DNA of 64,000 nt, taken from NCBI GenBank assembly GCA_963718235.1, contig CAVQYR010000001.1, forward strand, positions 1,280,001-1,344,000, in the 5' to 3' direction. The notes under the pieces were generated by a model. That model worked only from the letters and a program-made list of their open reading frames with translations, ran no database searches and was not told the origin of the DNA. The first letter of the stretch is position 1. The number at the start of each line of letters is the position of its first letter. The stretch comes from an uncultured Actinomycetota bacterium. GTDB taxonomy: Bacteria > Actinomycetota > Actinomycetes > JAHEKZ01. The position numbers were made by a program, and so were the translations under genes. Positions 1 to 10,127 of the stretch are shown in pieces.

Positions 1-164
1 CGATCACCGAAGCCGATGTCGACGAGGAAGTCCGTCGCAGCCGGTAGCCCCACAGCGATCGGCCTCTGACGACGAGTAACCGGGTGGCGCACCGGCCGTG
101 GCTGGCTTAGTTCTTGCTGCATGTGAGCGTGCTCGCGCGGGCAAGGCACTCCTAGACTCCGTCT

Positions 165-3100
165 GTGGCCACCTGTCGGGCGTGTGCGAAGGAGCTTCCC
201 GGGGAGTTCCCGTTCTGCCCCTTCTGTGGGGCAGCCGTCGAGCCTGCTCCAGTCGCTGGTGAGCGTGAGCGGCGGGTAGTCACCGTCCTCTTCTGCGACC
301 TGGTCGGCTCCACCGCGGCGGCGGAGCACGCCGACGTCGAGGACGTGCAACGGCGGCTGGTCGAGTACCACGACCTCACCCGCGCGCGCATCGAGGCCTT
401 TGGTGGGGTGGTCGAGAAGTTCGTCGGCGACGCCGTGATGGCGGTCTTCGGCGCTGCGGTCGCGCACGAGGACGACGCCGAGCGCGCCGTTCGCGCAGGA
501 CTCAGCATCGTCGAGGACGTCGCCTCGCTGCGCGACGTCCGGGTCCGAGTCGGGATCAACACGGGCGAGGTCCTGGTGGCCGTGGGTTCTCGCCCGGAGA
601 CGGGCGAGAACTACGTCGTCGGTGACACCGTGAACACCGCGGCGAGAATCCAGACGGCAGCGCACCCCGACACCGTGCTGGTCGGTGAGTCGACCTACCG
701 GGCCACAGACCGGGTCTTCGAGTATGCCGAGCGAGAACCGGTGAGCGCCAAGGGGAAGTCGGATCCGCTGAACGTCTGGCACGCGCTGGCTGCGAAGGCA
801 CGGTTCGGCACGGACATGATGCGCGACCTTGGCACCCCAATGGTCGGGCGATCGCTGGAGCTCGCCGCCCTCCAGAACGCCCTCGCACGGGCCCGCGACG
901 GCGGGATCCAGCTGGTCACCGTCGTCGGCGAGCCCGGGGTCGGCAAATCGCGCCTGGTTGCCGAGCTCTTCGCCCACATCGACCGGTCGGACGAGCTGCA
1001 CGTGTGGCGCCAGGGCCGGTGTCTGCCGTACGGCGACGGCATCGCCTACTGGGCCCTCGCCGAGATCGTCAAGGCTCATCTCGGCATCTACGACGGTGAC
1101 CCGGACGAGCAGGTCCGGCGCAAGCTCGATGCATTCATCGACGCAGGAGAGGATCGAGTCTGGCTGCGCGCACCGCTCGGTAGCCTGGTCGGTTCCTCCG
1201 ACGCGGCAGGTGTCGACCGCGAGACGGTGTTCTCCGCGTGGCGCCACTTCCTCGAGCTCATGGCCGAGGTCAGCCCGGCCATCATCGTGATCGAGGACCT
1301 GCACTGGGCCGACCCTTCGCTGCTGGACTTCCTGGAGTACCTGGCCGACTGGTCGCGAGAGTCCCCCCTGCTGGTAGTCGGAACGGCCCGTCCCGAGCTG
1401 CTCACCAGCCGGCCGACGTGGGCTGCGGGGCTCGCCAATGCGGGGACCCTGCGGGTGTCACCGCTCACCCCCGCCGAGACGAGGGACCTGATCACGTCCC
1501 ATCTCGCGAACACGCCCTTGCCGATCGACGTGCAGAACGCCGTGGTCGAGCGTTCGGGAGGCAACCCGCTGTACGCCGAGGAGTTCGTGCGCATGCTGCG
1601 CGATCGGGGGTCCCTGGATGACTCCGGACGACCGACCGATGACCTCGACCTCAGCAACATCACACTGCCCGAAACCGTGCAGGCGCTGATCGCCGCCCGA
1701 CTCGACACCCTGGCACCTGAGCTCAAGACGGTCGTCCAGGATGCCGCGGTCGTGGGAAAGGTGTTCTGGCGCGGTGCCGTCGCGGAGCTAGGGCAGCGAG
1801 ACACTGCCGATCTGGAGCGTTCGCTGCACGAACTGGTGCGCAAGGAGATGGTGCGCCCACTTCGCCGATCGTCGGTGCAGGGCGACCACGAGTACTCCTT
1901 CACCCACGCCCTCGTCAGGGACGTCGCCTACCAGCGCCTGCCCCGTAGCGAACGCCTGACTAGGCACCTGGCCACGGCGGAGTGGATCGAGCGCCTGGCC
2001 GGTGACGGGATCGGCGACGTCGCCGAGGTGCTCACGTACCACGCGACCTGCGCCATGGAACTCGCCAGGGCAGAAGGTGACACGGCCGCGGCCGAGCGGA
2101 TCAGACCGCTGCTCGTGAGGTATGCCATGCGGGCCGGGGACCACCTGCGCGCCATCGATGCCGTCCGAGCGCTCGCCCTCCTCGACCTCGCTCGCGGTCA
2201 CCTGGCCGACGACGACCCCCTGCGAGGCGAGGTCCTGCGTTCGTGGGCCTGGGCGGCGACGGCGTCCAGGTCCAACGCCGAGGTGACCGAGGCGATCGAG
2301 CAGGCCGTGGCCTTCTACCGCACGGCCGGCACCGACGCCGAACTTGCCGCGGCGCTGACGCAAGCCGCGCATGTGGCCGCCCAAGGCGCTCACCCGGAGG
2401 TGGACGCCGCCTACAACGCCGAGGCTCGGGCCCTGCTCGAGCCGCACGGTGACTCGTTCGCACTGGCGGAGGCGCTGGGCCACAGCGTCGTTCACGGCCG
2501 TGGCACCCGACCGGCCGCCGAGGAGCTCGCCATGGCGCAGCGGGCGGTCGCGATGGCCGACCGGCTCGGTGGTCCGGACGCGCCAGGGTCGGTGGACGCC
2601 TGGCTGTCGTCGCACAACGCGCACGCCACGATCACCCAGTTCGACAGCGCGGACGCCCTGAGCGAGTTCGAGGCGATGGCCGAGGTGGCCGACCGGCTGC
2701 GGCCGGATCGCTCCGACCGGGTCCGCAACAACCTCGCCATGGCCATGGGCTACCGCCTTGGCCCTCGAGCCGCGATCGACACCCTCGACGAGGCGAGCGC
2801 GACACAACGCAAACGCGGTCGCGAGGTGCACGCCTGGTGGCTCGACTCCACGTCCCTGGAGTTCCGGCTGCTCGCCGGCCGGCTGGAGCAGGCGGCCGAG
2901 GTTGCCGAGGCCGCCTTCGTGGCGCTCGGCGAGCGCGGGGTCTCCAGCTCGATCGAGGCGGCGGCGCAGCTGGTGCGCGCCCAGCTGGCGATGGGCCGGC
3001 AGGATGTGGCGCTTCCGGAGTCCGTGAGCGAAGGTCTGGTGACCAGGGACCCTGAGTACCGGAGCATCGCGGGGATCGCTGCCCTCGAGTGGCTGGTTGC

Positions 3101-3560
3101 CGCTGGGCAGGTGCAACGGGCCGGATCATCGCTTGAAGTGCTGTTGGGAGGCCTCGACCTGTTGGAGCTGCTGCCTCGCCTGCCCGCGTTCGCCCGGGTC
3201 GCTGCGGCCGCGGGCCGTCCGGACCTGGTCGGTGCCCTGCGTGACCTCGTCTCGGACGGCACGCCGCTGGGCCGGGCCGGTCGGCTCGCCGCGTCGGGCC
3301 TGGCGCTCGAACCCGCGGACCCGCCAGCGGCAGTCACCGCCTTCGAGGGCGCAGCTGCCGCGTTTGCCGAGCTGGGAGCCCAGTACGAAACGGCGCACAG
3401 TGTCGCCGGCGAGGGTCGCAGCAGGCTGGCCGCCCGTGGCCCCGCTGGTGACCCCGCCGGGGCCCGCACCACGCTGACCGAGGCGGCCCGCATGTTCGAC
3501 GAGATGCAGGCGGTCCCGGCGGGGCAGCGGTGTCGAATCCTGCTGGAGTCGCTCGACTGA
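165..3560 (+). CDS. Class III adenylate/guanylate cyclase-STAND NTPase-TPR-like protein with N-terminal zinc ribbon
   Basis: CxxC...CPFC ribbon; cyclase motifs VLFCDLVGST, EKFVGDAVMAVFG, GDTVNTAARIQ; Walker A GEPGVGKSRL, Walker B IIVIEDLHWAD; Ala-rich helical C-terminus; TAGACT 6 nt before the GTG. Confidence 0.92.
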   Translation: MATCRACAKELPGEFPFCPFCGAAVEPAPVAGERERRVVTVLFCDLVGSTAAAEHADVEDVQRRLVEYHDLTRARIEAFGGVVEKFVGDAVMAVFGAAVAHEDDAERAVRAGLSIVEDVASLRDVRVRVGINTGEVLVAVGSRPETGENYVVGDTVNTAARIQTAAHPDTVLVGESTYRATDRVFEYAEREPVSAKGKSDPLNVWHALAAKARFGTDMMRDLGTPMVGRSLELAALQNALARARDGGIQLVTVVGEPGVGKSRLVAELFAHIDRSDELHVWRQGRCLPYGDGIAYWALAEIVKAHLGIYDGDPDEQVRRKLDAFIDAGEDRVWLRAPLGSLVGSSDAAGVDRETVFSAWRHFLELMAEVSPAIIVIEDLHWADPSLLDFLEYLADWSRESPLLVVGTARPELLTSRPTWAAGLANAGTLRVSPLTPAETRDLITSHLANTPLPIDVQNAVVERSGGNPLYAEEFVRMLRDRGSLDDSGRPTDDLDLSNITLPETVQALIAARLDTLAPELKTVVQDAAVVGKVFWRGAVAELGQRDTADLERSLHELVRKEMVRPLRRSSVQGDHEYSFTHALVRDVAYQRLPRSERLTRHLATAEWIERLAGDGIGDVAEVLTYHATCAMELARAEGDTAAAERIRPLLVRYAMRAGDHLRAIDAVRALALLDLARGHLADDDPLRGEVLRSWAWAATASRSNAEVTEAIEQAVAFYRTAGTDAELAAALTQAAHVAAQGAHPEVDAAYNAEARALLEPHGDSFALAEALGHSVVHGRGTRPAAEELAMAQRAVAMADRLGGPDAPGSVDAWLSSHNAHATITQFDSADALSEFEAMAEVADRLRPDRSDRVRNNLAMAMGYRLGPRAAIDTLDEASATQRKRGREVHAWWLDSTSLEFRLLAGRLEQAAEVAEAAFVALGERGVSSSIEAAAQLVRAQLAMGRQDVALPESVSEGLVTRDPEYRSIAGIAALEWLVAAGQVQRAGSSLEVLLGGLDLLELLPRLPAFARVAAAAGRPDLVGALRDLVSDGTPLGRAGRLAASGLALEPADPPAAVTAFEGAAAAFAELGAQYETAHSVAGEGRSRLAARGPAGDPAGARTTLTEAARMFDEMQAVPAGQRCRILLESLD

Positions 3561-3597
3561 GTGGCCCATCACACAGGCGATGTCCAGTGCGGCGTCG

Positions 3598-4272
3598 TCA
3601 CCAGAGGCCGAGGCCGTCGAGGGCCTTGAGGAGGAACCAGGAACCGAAGACCAGACCGACCACGACGACGATGGCCCGGTTGTGCCGCTCCATCCAGTCC
3701 GACACCCTCGTGAGGAACGCGTCGCTGCGGCGCGGCGCCACGACTGCGACCGCGACCACAACCAGGACCAGCGACTGCGCGAGAAGGACGAACGCGACGT
3801 AGGTCACGACCGCCGCAGTGCCTGTGACGTCTGCCGCCTCGATCGCTCCAAGGGCGGACAGAGTGAACACCCAGAACTTGGCACTGACGGCGATCAGTCC
3901 TGCTCCGAGCAGGAAGGCCTTGCCGGGTCGAACCGCGTCGAAGGCGGCCATCCACCTCGGCGGTGGCGCGTCGGGGTCGTCGTCGGCGAACTGCGCGCGA
4001 GCGGCGGTGACGAGCAGCAGGATGCCGACCACGAGCAGCAGGACCGAGACGACCAGCGCCGGCTCGTCGGAGGAACCCGAGTCATCCGGCCGGACCAGCC
4101 AGCCGAACACGACACCCTGCGCCAGTCGGGTCGCGGTCATGCCGGCCACCCAGGCGGCCGCGGTCTTGCGACCCGCAGGAGCGCGCAGCAGCAGGACGGT
4201 GATCACGATCTGGACCGGTACGACGGTGCTGGCCAGGGCCAGCGGGATGAGGGTCGCCCAGAGCTCGGCCAA
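3598..4272 (-). CDS. GAP/Sap-family multi-pass membrane protein
   Basis: About six hydrophobic segments; PLALAS..PV start, PPRW loop, and WMERHNRAI C-terminal pattern typical of the GAP family; TTG start with GAGGTG SD. Confidence 0.75.
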   Translation of the reverse strand: MAELWATLIPLALASTVVPVQIVITVLLLRAPAGRKTAAAWVAGMTATRLAQGVVFGWLVRPDDSGSSDEPALVVSVLLLVVGILLLVTAARAQFADDDPDAPPPRWMAAFDAVRPGKAFLLGAGLIAVSAKFWVFTLSALGAIEAADVTGTAAVVTYVAFVLLAQSLVLVVVAVAVVAPRRSDAFLTRVSDWMERHNRAIVVVVGLVFGSWFLLKALDGLGLW

Positions 4273-4452
4273 TGCACCTCACCTCGCCCTCGTCGATGCC
4301 TTGCCGATGTCCTGCGGTGACGCTACCGGTCACGGGATCGAGCCGCCGGCATGGTTGCGCGCTCTTCTGCGATGGGCGCTGAGTCTCCCGCGATAGCCTG
4401 CCGGGCAGAGGTCTGCGGTGCCAGGCGGAGGTCCGCGTCAGGGAGGAGTGCC

Positions 4453-5595
4453 ATGAACCGCATCGTGGTCAGGGAGGCTGACGGCTTTCCGCGGGTCAGT
4501 GTCAGTGAGGGCGGACGCGAGGTCGAGCTGCCGGCGCTGTGGCTGCGCCAGTACAGCCCCGAGGCCAGCGAGTGCGACCCGATCACCGGCCAGAGGCTGT
4601 TCGACCCTCACCTGCTGCCGGTCGACCTCCACCTGGTTGCCGTCGAGTCGGAGGGCGACCGCCTCGTCGTCACCTTCAGCGACGGGCACACCTCGACCTT
4701 CGACCAGGCGGAACTTCTCGCCAACGTCGTGCTCTCCGACGGTCTGCCGGCTCCCATTCACTGGCACGCGGACAGCGGCCAGCCTCATGTGCGGTCCTGG
4801 GTCGAGCTTGATGACCCGGCCGCCGAACGGGACGCGCTCGAGGACTTCCTCGCCTACGGCGCGATCGTGTTCGACGGCCTGCCGACGTCCGAGGGCGCCA
4901 TGCTCCATGTGGCTACGCGGTTCGGCTACGTTCGCGAAACCAACTTCGGGCCTGTTTTCGACGTTCGCTCGGTCCCGGACTCGACCGACCTCGCCTACCG
5001 CGCTGTTGCGCTGACTGCCCACACCGACAACCCCTATCGCACGCCCGTTCCCGGGATTCAGCTGTTGCACTGCCTGGTCAACGACACGACGGGCGGTGAG
5101 TCGACTCTCGTTGACGGGCTGGCCGTCGTCGACCAGCTCCAGGCAGATGACCCGGAGGCGGTCGACCTCCTGGCCGCGGTTCCCGTTCGGTTCCACTACC
5201 GCGACGCCGACACCGACATCGTCACGATCCGCCCGGTCGTCGACCGTGACCACTCGGGAACCGTGATCGGCCTCAACTACAGCCCCCGGCTCGACGAGGT
5301 CCCACTCCTTGCTCCTGATGAGACACGGCGGTACCAGTCCGCGCGCCAGCGGCTGGCGCACCTGCTCGCCAGCCCCGAGTTCGAGGTCCGGTTCGCGCTG
5401 GGTGCGGGCCAGCTGATGATGTTCGACAACAACCGCGTGATGCACGGGCGTACCGGATTCGACCCCAGCGAGGGCCTGCGTCACCTGCAGGGCTGCTACA
5501 TCGACCAGGACGGCCCGCGTACCCGCTTCCGGGTGCTCAGTCGACGACTTGCGGCGGCGGGGTCCGCGGCAGAGGAATCCGTGGAGCGTGTGTGA
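4453..5595 (+). CDS. Fe(II)/2OG dioxygenase, gamma-butyrobetaine hydroxylase/TmpA-like (TauD/TfdA)
   Basis: N-terminal WLR..TGQRLF..FSDGH domain; RETNFG, LAY, HTDNPYR (HxD), IQLLHCL, FDNNRVMHGR, RHLQGCYID; ATG at 4453 after GGAGGAG. Confidence 0.9.
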   Translation: MNRIVVREADGFPRVSVSEGGREVELPALWLRQYSPEASECDPITGQRLFDPHLLPVDLHLVAVESEGDRLVVTFSDGHTSTFDQAELLANVVLSDGLPAPIHWHADSGQPHVRSWVELDDPAAERDALEDFLAYGAIVFDGLPTSEGAMLHVATRFGYVRETNFGPVFDVRSVPDSTDLAYRAVALTAHTDNPYRTPVPGIQLLHCLVNDTTGGESTLVDGLAVVDQLQADDPEAVDLLAAVPVRFHYRDADTDIVTIRPVVDRDHSGTVIGLNYSPRLDEVPLLAPDETRRYQSARQRLAHLLASPEFEVRFALGAGQLMMFDNNRVMHGRTGFDPSEGLRHLQGCYIDQDGPRTRFRVLSRRLAAAGSAAEESVERV

Positions 5596-6197
5596 TGACC
5601 ACCACCGACCGTGACCTCGAGCCATCAGGTCCCAGTGTTGCCTTCACCCAGATGAAGGACGGGACGCGCGCTGAGTACCAGTACCTTCGGCGTCTCGAGC
5701 ACGAATACCAGGCTGCGTTGCCCGACCGCGTGATGGCGGCGCTGCGCCGCCTCGACGACGGGCTCGCCGGCTATCAGGTCAGTCGCCTCGAGCACTCGCT
5801 GCAGGCGGCTACGCGCGCGGAGGCTGATGGAGCGGACGTCGAGATGATCGTCGGCGCGCTGGTCCACGACCTCGGCGACGAGCTCGCTCCTGACAACCAC
5901 TCACAGCTGGCGGTGGCGATCGTCCGCCCCTACGTGCGGGCCGAGGTCACCTGGGTGATCGAGATGCACGGCGTCTTCCAGATGGTCTACTACGGCGAGC
6001 ACGTGGGGCTCGACCCGAACGCCCGCGACGCCTATCGCGACCATCAATGGTTCGACAGCTGCGCGACCTTCTGCGAGCGCTGGGACCAGTCGTCCTTCGA
6101 CCCGGACTACCCGACCAAGCCGCTGGAGCACTTCGAGCCGATGCTGCGCGAGGTCTTCGGTCGAACTGCCTTCGACCCCGCCACCGGCTGTCGCTGA
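5592..6197 (+). CDS. HD-domain protein, PhnZ/MIOX-like putative diiron oxygenase
   Basis: EHSLQ..TRA, ALVHDLGD, NH, MHG, WDQ give the H...HD...H...H...D ligand set; GTGA overlap with the dioxygenase stop. Confidence 0.8.
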   Translation: MMTTTDRDLEPSGPSVAFTQMKDGTRAEYQYLRRLEHEYQAALPDRVMAALRRLDDGLAGYQVSRLEHSLQAATRAEADGADVEMIVGALVHDLGDELAPDNHSQLAVAIVRPYVRAEVTWVIEMHGVFQMVYYGEHVGLDPNARDAYRDHQWFDSCATFCERWDQSSFDPDYPTKPLEHFEPMLREVFGRTAFDPATGCR

Positions 6198-6240
6198 CCC
6201 CAGCCGGCCGTCCTGGTTCGGCGGCCGGGCGACCGGCCAG

Positions 6241-8038
6241 TCAGCGCACGGTGACCGACCGGGTCCAGCCCGACCACGAGCCGGCACCAACGCTGTTGAT
6301 GGCACGGATGCGGAACCGGTAGGACGAACCGACCTTGAGGTGGTCGAAGCGCAGCTGACGGACCGTCCCCTTCACGACTCGTTGCTGGCCCCTCGAGGTG
6401 ACGATGCTGTAGCGCAGCACTGGGGCGCCGTTCGGCGGTGCAGCCGTCCAGGTCAGTACGGCTGACTTCCTGGCTGGTTTGGCCGACAGGCGCTGGACCC
6501 GGCCCGGAGCCCCCGCGGGGCGCACGGTGTTGCTCGTGGTGGCCGGTCCGGTGCCCACGTCGTTGGTCGCCGCGACGGTGAAGCGGTAGCGGTGGCCGTT
6601 GCGCAGACCGGTGACGACCGTGCCACGTGCCTTGGCCCCCACGGTCTTGGTCTGCCCGCCCGGCAGCCTGGTCACCACGTAGGAGGTGATGGGTGAGCCG
6701 TTGGGCTTGCCCGCAGTCCAGGTCAGAGTCGCCCGGCCATTGCCCGCCTTGGCGGTGACGACCGACGGCGGTCGTGCGGAGCCTGCGGGCACGACCGCGC
6801 TCGTCGGGCTCGAGGGCGCGCCGGTTCCGGCGTCGCTCTGTGCCACCACCGCGAACGTGTAGGAGCGGCCGTTCGTCAGGCCGTTGACGGTGCAGCTCAA
6901 CGTCGAGGTGGTGCAGGTCCTTGCCCTCGGGAGTCGACGTCGCCACGTACTGCGTGATCGGGTCGCTGCCGGAACTGGTCGGGGCACTCCACTTCACCGT
7001 TGCCGAGGCGTCTCCCGGCACGGCCTAGCGCTTTGCGTGGTGCGCCAGGCGGAGTGGCGGCGATGTTGACGCTGTGCGGTGGCGCTGTCCTTGCTGCCGG
7101 CGTTGTCGGTCACAGTCAGGGTGACCTGGTAGGTGCCGGACGCTGCGTACACATGGGTCGGGCTGGCCGCGGTCGATGTGGCGCCGTCGCCGAACGCCCA
7201 CGCATACGACTCGATCGTGCCGTCGGGATCGCTGGAACCGCTCGAGTCGAAGGAGCACGACTTGTTCACGCAGGAGGACGTGAACGTCGCTGTCGGGGGC
7301 TGGTTGCCAGACGCACCTCGGTCGAGACACGGACGTAGTCGATGTCGCCGGAGAAGTAGTCGCAGGTGATGGTCACCTGGTCGCAGTTGTGCTTGCCGCC
7401 GATGGTGAACGGCTGCTTGTTGTTGATCGGACCTGTCGCGCCGTTCTTGATGGCCACCCGCACACCGTCGACATACTGCTTGACCTGGGTCGCCGTGTGC
7501 ACGCAGGTGACGGTGTGCCACTGCCCGTCGTTCAACGCAGCGGGGGAGCCGGTGCCGACCCGGGTGCCGTCGGCGCCCTTGAAGAGGCACTGGACGTTCC
7601 CTCCGGGACCCTGGACCTTGATCTGGCCGCCCTTGGTCGTGGACTGGCCCTTCTGCATGTAGTTGCCGAAGGGGCGGGTCGTGCGGAACCGGAACTCCAG
7701 GGTGTACGTGGCCGTTGGGGTCAGGGATGTCGAGCCGGATCGTCGTCTGGGACCTGGACGACCCTTGCCTCCTGGACGGGGAGGCAGGCCGGGCACCGCT
7801 CAGCCCAGCTGTAGTACGAGCCGTTGGACGTCAGACCGACCGACGCAGCGTCGGGGCTGATCTGGCCATTGATCCCGTTCCCACTCGAGTCGACCATCAC
7901 CGACGACCCGGCTGACTCGTCGAGCTGCCAGTCGGCGACCACTGCGGTCGCGGCCTGCGCGGGGGCGACCCACGGCGGCGCGGTCAGTCCCACCGCGGCA
8001 AGGGCGAGGACGGTGACCACGATCCCGACACGCTTCAT
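6241..8038 (-). CDS. Secreted LamG/ConA-like + PKD + fibronectin type III protein, broken by at least 4 frame changes (sequencing errors or pseudogene)
   Basis: Signal peptide MKRVGIVV..AQA and WQLDE (7721-8044); LamG LNDGQWHTV..YVDGV..FSGDID (7266-7796); PKD FDSSGSSDPDGTIESYAWAFGDG (6994-7590); FN3 repeats (6107-7021, 6241-6987). Confidence 0.8.
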
Positions 8039-8325
8039 CGACACCCCTGAGGACGATCCTGGACGGCTTGGGGTGCAAAGCCTTGCCCCCCATACGAACG
8101 CACTAGTGAGCCATAGGTATCACCAAATCCGCGTGCGCCGCTGACGAACGACGATCCAGTGAGCGAGCGACTACATCCAGTCATCGCTCCCGACCTGCGG
8201 ACTCCCGCAGACGGGTGCCTTCGTCACGTGCAGTGAGCGCTGGTCACAGCAGGTGACCTTGCGGTCGGCGGCATCGCGACAGACCCCTCGTGCACCTTCG
8301 AGACACGTGCGGTTAGCGTCCAGGG

Positions 8326-9201
8326 ATGCGCATGGGAGTGGTGATCCTTCCGGACAGCCGGTGGCCGGCAGCGCTGGACCGGTGGCGCGAAGCCGAGCGG
8401 TTCGGGTTCGCCACGGCATGGACCTACGACCACCTGTCGTGGCGGTCGTTGCGCGACGGACCCTGGCTGGGCACGGTCCCGCTGCTGGCCGCGGTCGCCA
8501 CCTCGACCACCACCCTGCGGTTCGGCACGCTGGTGGCCAGCCCGAACTTCCGTCACCCAGCGCCGCTGGCCAAGGACGTGATGACTCTCGACGAGATCAG
8601 TGGCGGGCGGCTGGAGCTGGGAGTCGGGGCAGGTGGTGGCGGCTTCGACTCGACGGTGCTCGGGCAGCCGCCGCTGACCGTCGCCCAGAAGGCTGCCCGG
8701 TTCGAGGAGTTCGTCGACGCGCTCGACGTACTTCTGCGCGAGCCAGCCTCTTCGTACTCCGGTGAGTTCTTCACGGTCGTGGAATCGCGGACATACCCGG
8801 GGTGCGCCCAGCGACCGCGGGTCCCTTTCACCGTGGCTGCGTCGGGACCGAGGTCGTTACGCGTGGCCGCTCGACATGGCCAGGGGTGGGTTACGGTCGG
8901 CGCATCCGGGAGCGGCGCGTCGTCGCAGGCATGGTTCGACGCCGTGACCCTCCAGGTCGCGAACCTGGCAGCAGCCTGTGAGCGAGAGGGACGAGACCCG
9001 GACTCGCTGCGCCGGGTCGCGCTGGTCAACCTCGAGGCCCAGTGGGCGCAGGGATCGGTCAGCGTGTGGGACGACTTCTGCGGGCGGGTGGAGGAGCTGG
9101 GCTTCACTGACGTTGTCGTGCACTGGCCACGACCGGAGGACCCGACGTGGCCGGGGCCGCCGATGAACGTGTTCGACGAGATCTGCAGCAGACTGCGCTG
9201 A
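8326..9201 (+). CDS. LLM-class (luciferase-like) flavin-dependent oxidoreductase
   Basis: AERFGFATAWTYDH, GTLVASPNFRHP..LAK...LDEISGGRLELGVGAG; TAGCGT 6 nt before the ATG. Confidence 0.9.
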   Translation: MRMGVVILPDSRWPAALDRWREAERFGFATAWTYDHLSWRSLRDGPWLGTVPLLAAVATSTTTLRFGTLVASPNFRHPAPLAKDVMTLDEISGGRLELGVGAGGGGFDSTVLGQPPLTVAQKAARFEEFVDALDVLLREPASSYSGEFFTVVESRTYPGCAQRPRVPFTVAASGPRSLRVAARHGQGWVTVGASGSGASSQAWFDAVTLQVANLAAACEREGRDPDSLRRVALVNLEAQWAQGSVSVWDDFCGRVEELGFTDVVVHWPRPEDPTWPGPPMNVFDEICSRLR

Positions 9202-9202
9202 C

Positions 9203-10081
9203 TCACCGACGGGTCGGGCGGATCCCGTCGGCGGCCTGAGCGAAACGGTCACCGAGGCGCACGTCGTCACCCTGGTCCAGGACGACGGTGAGCGCGGCGG
9301 CCCAACCGTGACAGAACAGCTGCCAGCCGTCGTGCACGCCGTGCAGCTCATCGAGCTGCCGACGGGCCTGCTCCAGGAACTGCAGGTCGCCTCGGTAGTT
9401 GAGCTCCCAGACGGTGGCCCCGGGTGGGAAACGCACCGAGTCGGTGGTGGGGGAGCCGGGTCGGTCCTTGCCCAACCCGGTGGCGTTGACGATCAGCGAC
9501 CCGGGCGGGGACCCAGCCACCAGGTCATCCCAGGGTCCGCTGCCGAGGTGGTGCTCGACGGACCCTCCGGCTACGCGCGCGAGGCGTGCGACGGCGCCGG
9601 CCCGTGGTTCCGCGCACACGACGCGCACGCGCTCGCGACTCCTCGACAGGTGGTAGGCCAGGGCCAGGCCGGTGCCGCCGGCGCCGAGGCAGGTGACCTG
9701 CCCTTCGGCGGCCGGCCAGATCTGGTCGACGACTCGTCCGACCGAGACCGGGTCGCGCGCCCAACCCTCCAAGGACCCGGTCGGGGTCCGGCGAACCGCG
9801 TTGACCTCCTCGCACGCCTCAGCCACCGGGTCGAGCCAGCTGAAGCGAGACCGACCGGCGTGGAACAGACGCACCTTGTGCGTGGTCACCACCGCACCCG
9901 CCACCGAGGGGTCACGGCCCAGCTCGTCGAGCCACTGCACGTATGCGTCGTCGTCGGCATCGAGCGGGAGGTCGACCCCGCGGAGTCCGCACTGCGTGCC
10001 GAGCAGCGGCCGCCAGAGTGGAAACGCTCGATGGACCGACGAGGCACTGGTCGAGACACCGAGGAAGACGATGTCGGTCAC
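9203..10081 (-). CDS. Shikimate dehydrogenase-like oxidoreductase (non-canonical)
   Basis: GAVVTTHK, LGAGGTG, IVNATGLGKD, WELNYRG, DGW..F..GW; lacks the AroE HSxSP and NTD motifs. Confidence 0.7.
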   Translation of the reverse strand: MTDIVFLGVSTSASSVHRAFPLWRPLLGTQCGLRGVDLPLDADDDAYVQWLDELGRDPSVAGAVVTTHKVRLFHAGRSRFSWLDPVAEACEEVNAVRRTPTGSLEGWARDPVSVGRVVDQIWPAAEGQVTCLGAGGTGLALAYHLSRSRERVRVVCAEPRAGAVARLARVAGGSVEHHLGSGPWDDLVAGSPPGSLIVNATGLGKDRPGSPTTDSVRFPPGATVWELNYRGDLQFLEQARRQLDELHGVHDGWQLFCHGWAAALTVVLDQGDDVRLGDRFAQAADGIRPTRR

Positions 10082-10127
10082 GTGCGGAGTCTAGGTGTCG
10101 GCGCACTCGTCTCGGCGCCACGACGAC

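Noticed and set aside
1-122. Possible 5' end of a minus-strand gene (MQQELSQP..DFLVDIGFGD)
   Set aside because: Too short and has no motif; cannot be supported within this window
4453-6197. Naming the pair tmpA/tmpB or phnY/phnZ
   Set aside because: The HD protein lacks PhnZ/TmpB substrate motifs, and no phosphonate transporter is nearby
6205-6229. GC hairpin between convergent genes as a terminator
   Set aside because: Imperfect stem, no U-tract, and expected by chance at this GC content
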